Part shown: positions 56,288 to 64,000 of the stretch, piece by piece | Layout of the letters: each line of letters begins with the position of its first letter | How positions within the stretch are numbered: the stretch's first letter is position 1 | Source: an uncultured Dehalococcoidales bacterium | GTDB taxonomy: Bacteria; Chloroflexota; Dehalococcoidia; Dehalococcoidales; UBA5627 | Direction of reading: 5' to 3' | Length of the DNA stretch: 64,000 bases | Assembly (NCBI GenBank): GCA_964399425.1 | Contig: CAYNQR010000002.1 | Location: 97,084 to 161,083, forward strand | Notes under the pieces: generated by a model | Database searches by the model: none | The model's input: the letters and a program-made list of their open reading frames with translations, nothing else | Told to the model about the DNA's origin: nothing | Position numbers and translations under genes: made by a program

Positions 56288-57499
56288 TTATTTAATTATA
56301 TCCGAATTATTTATTTTAGCAAAGCGTCTTTTCCCCACTTTAACGATAGAACCGCTTTCAATTTTTACGGTGCTGGCGGTAACCGTTTTCCCGTCGATAC
56401 TGACAGCGCCCTGGTCTATTAATCTGCCGGCATCGCTGCGGCTTTTAGCCATCTTAATAACGGTGAGCAGGTCTTTCAAGTCCACCTCTCCGTTAAGATT
56501 GTAGCAGTGTTCCTCTATTTCATCAGGCACTTCCTTGTTCTGGACGACCCTGGCAAAGTGTGCCTCCGCTTCGATTGCCGCATCTTTATCATGCAGCCGT
56601 GTGACAATCTCTCTTCCCAGCCTTTTCTTTAGCTCCATCGGATTTATTTGGTTATTTTTCAGCAGTCTCTTGAATTCTTCGAGCTCGTCATCCGGAACAT
56701 CGGTAATCAACTCGAAGTAGTTCATTATTATATTATCCGGTATGGACATTACCTTGCCGAACATGTTTTCAGGGGCTTCGGTAACTCCTATGTAATTGCC
56801 GAGGCTCTTGCTCATCTTGTGCGCTCCGTCTGTTCCCACCAGTAACGGGACCATCAGAACCTGCTGCGCTCTTTGCCCTAGCATCGTTTGCAGTTCACGC
56901 CCCACCAGGAGGTTGAACTTCTGGTCGGTGCCGCCGAACTCCACATCGGAATTGATGGCAACCGAATCGTATGCCTGCAACAGGGGATACAGAAATTCGG
57001 TGATTGTAATCGGCTGGTTGGCATTATATCGCTTGCTGAAATCGTCGCGCGCCAGAATCTGCGCGATGGTGAATTTGCTGGTCAGTTTAATAACATCGGA
57101 CAGGTCGAATTTGCCGAACCATTCGCTCTGCCAGCGCACCTCGGTCTTATCCTTGTCTACGATTTTAAAGAACTGTTCCATATATGTTTTGGCGTTTATT
57201 TTAACCTGTTCCGCCGTCAGCATCGGGCGGGTTACCGAAGCCCCGCTCGGGTCTCCGATCTGGGCGGTCCAGTCTCCGACAATCAGCACTACCTGGTGCC
57301 CCATCTCCTGGAATTCGCGCAGTTTCTTGAGTCCGACCATATGTCCCAGGTGAATATCCGGGAAACTCGGGTCGAATCCCTCCTTCAATCTCAAAGGCTT
57401 CCCCGCCTTTAAGGCAGTTACCAATTCGTCTTCGACTATTACCTCGGAAACGCCCCTTTTTAACAGTCTTTTAATGTCCGCTTCAGATAATTTTTGCAT
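56288..57499 (-). CDS. tyrS: Tyrosine-tRNA ligase
   Basis: GFDPS..HLGH, YPLLQAYDS, GGTDQKFN, KMSKS, C-terminal S4 domain. Confidence 0.97.
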   Translation of the reverse strand: MQKLSEADIKRLLKRGVSEVIVEDELVTALKAGKPLRLKEGFDPSFPDIHLGHMVGLKKLREFQEMGHQVVLIVGDWTAQIGDPSGASVTRPMLTAEQVKINAKTYMEQFFKIVDKDKTEVRWQSEWFGKFDLSDVIKLTSKFTIAQILARDDFSKRYNANQPITITEFLYPLLQAYDSVAINSDVEFGGTDQKFNLLVGRELQTMLGQRAQQVLMVPLLVGTDGAHKMSKSLGNYIGVTEAPENMFGKVMSIPDNIIMNYFELITDVPDDELEEFKRLLKNNQINPMELKKRLGREIVTRLHDKDAAIEAEAHFARVVQNKEVPDEIEEHCYNLNGEVDLKDLLTVIKMAKSRSDAGRLIDQGAVSIDGKTVTASTVKIESGSIVKVGKRRFAKINNSDIIK

Positions 57500-57503
57500 A
57501 TTA

Positions 57504-58436
57504 TTATTTCCTGTTCAGATTATTTAGATAGTCTCTTGCCGCTGTCGCGTCTTTTCTTATTTGTTCTGCCAGTTCGTCCGCACTGTCGAATTTTATTTCG
57601 TTGCGCAACCTGTAGATTATATCAATTTTAAGGTTTTTATGATACAGGTCTGCGTTATAATCGAGCAGATGGGTTTCTATGGTTCTCCGTGTATCTCCGA
57701 AAGTGGCGCGCTTTCCTATAAACGTAACGGAATCATAGCATTGCCCGTCAAGGATGGTTTGGGTGGCATATATGCCTTCCAGCGGCAGAGCCTGTTCGCT
57801 ATCGACATAAAGGTTGGCGGTAGGGAATCCGATTTTCTTTCCGGTACCGGTTCCCCGGATAACCTCTCCTTCTATGCTGAAGTAACGTCCCAGCAGATGG
57901 CAGGCTTTTTCCATATCGCCGGCAGCCAAAGCACTCCTGATAGCGGTACTGCTGATTATACCGGCGCTGTTTTTAAAAGGCGGAATTGCCGAAAATTCGA
58001 AGTTCATGGATTGCGCCAGATTTTGGAGAAACGAGACATCTCCTTTACGCTCATTGCCGAGCGCAAAATCGGGGCCTACGATTAAGCCCTGCATTTTGAG
58101 GTGTTTTTGCAATAGAGAAATAAAATCGGAAGCGTTGATGCCTGCCATTTCTTTTGTGAAACTCAGCGGTATTACAAAATCGACCCCTTCATCTTTAACC
58201 AGTTTTATTTTTAACTGCAGGTTGGTAAGAAACTGGATTTCATTTCCCGGATTTATCACCCTGCGCGGATGCTGTTTAAAAGTAATTACCCCGCTTTGCA
58301 GCCCTTTTTGTGTTGCACGTTCGATGAGTTTTGAGAGGAGATGCTTGTGTCCGAGATGTACACCATCGAATACACCGATTGTTAGATAGGTGCCCTTGGC
58401 AGGGGTAAAACCGGCTAAATCATTTTCCAATGACAT
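57504..58436 (-). CDS. ribF: Bifunctional riboflavin kinase/FAD synthetase
   Basis: IGVFDGVHLGH, VGPDFALG, ISSTAIR, GFPTAN, IETHLLDY, RNEIKF. Confidence 0.96.
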   Translation of the reverse strand: MSLENDLAGFTPAKGTYLTIGVFDGVHLGHKHLLSKLIERATQKGLQSGVITFKQHPRRVINPGNEIQFLTNLQLKIKLVKDEGVDFVIPLSFTKEMAGINASDFISLLQKHLKMQGLIVGPDFALGNERKGDVSFLQNLAQSMNFEFSAIPPFKNSAGIISSTAIRSALAAGDMEKACHLLGRYFSIEGEVIRGTGTGKKIGFPTANLYVDSEQALPLEGIYATQTILDGQCYDSVTFIGKRATFGDTRRTIETHLLDYNADLYHKNLKIDIIYRLRNEIKFDSADELAEQIRKDATAARDYLNNLNRK

Positions 58437-58585
58437 AATTCAATCCTGTCTTGTTTTATGTATTTACATTTAATAATACAGACTATTACTATAAAATATG
58501 GATTATAGCTGTCGGATTTACTTTACAGGTAAAAAGATTAAATAAATTATAGATATATTCGGCGATAGTGTAAAGCGCTGCGGAT

Positions 58586-58613
58586 TTGACATCTGTCAGA
58601 TATAGTGTATAAT
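58586..58613 (+). promoter_or_regulatory. rpoBC promoter P1
   Basis: TTGACA-16 bp-TATAAT, both boxes consensus. Confidence 0.65.
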
Positions 58614-58644
58614 TATATTTGGAAATAAAGATTAAGAAGAAGGA

Positions 58645-58673
58645 TTGACAAAAATTATTTTTTGTGCTATGCT
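58645..58673 (+). promoter_or_regulatory. rpoBC promoter P2
   Basis: TTGACA-17 bp-TATGCT with TG extended -10. Confidence 0.6.
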
Positions 58674-58793
58674 TCCCTTTTGCTATTATGCCTCAAAGAA
58701 TTCAACATATATTCCCTGCGCAAAATGTTTGTGCTGATTCACGTTAGCACTGGTTTATTTATTAATTCCGCATATAGATTTTAAGGAGTGATA

Positions 58794-64000
<5,207 letters not shown>

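Overview
Bacterial chromosomal window, most likely from a Dehalococcoidia (Chloroflexota) genome. This is inferred from the fused mannosylglycerate synthase/phosphatase, the Chloroflexi-like RpoC N-terminus ([20 protein letters not shown]) and the gap-eno-pth-ligA-serA-tyrS-ribF-rpoBC gene order. The right third (about 42.8-64 kb) is housekeeping. The left two thirds are accessory-rich: copA, a minimal sufCB pair, a TetR/ABC exporter, an SDR plus steroid-5-alpha-reductase-like pair, a very AT-rich two-gene PIN-GNAT-ASCH cassette, an 18-gene GDP-heptose-type glycosylation operon divergent from a 1318-aa membrane-anchored beta-helix surface protein, and a HoxEFU-like flavin/Fe-S module with an unusual RnfC-like ferredoxin fused to NuoE and no catalytic subunit. 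Six intergenic regions hold repeat elements, five of them mosaics of several palindromic repeat families, including three 69-bp REP-doublet (REPIN-like) elements. I saw no rRNA, tRNA, CRISPR array, transposase or integrase. The best candidates for an undescribed system are the PIN-GNAT-ASCH cassette and the heptose/surface-protein glycosylation locus, whose NDP-sugar dehydrogenase lacks the catalytic Cys. All family assignments come from motifs recognised by eye, not from database searches.
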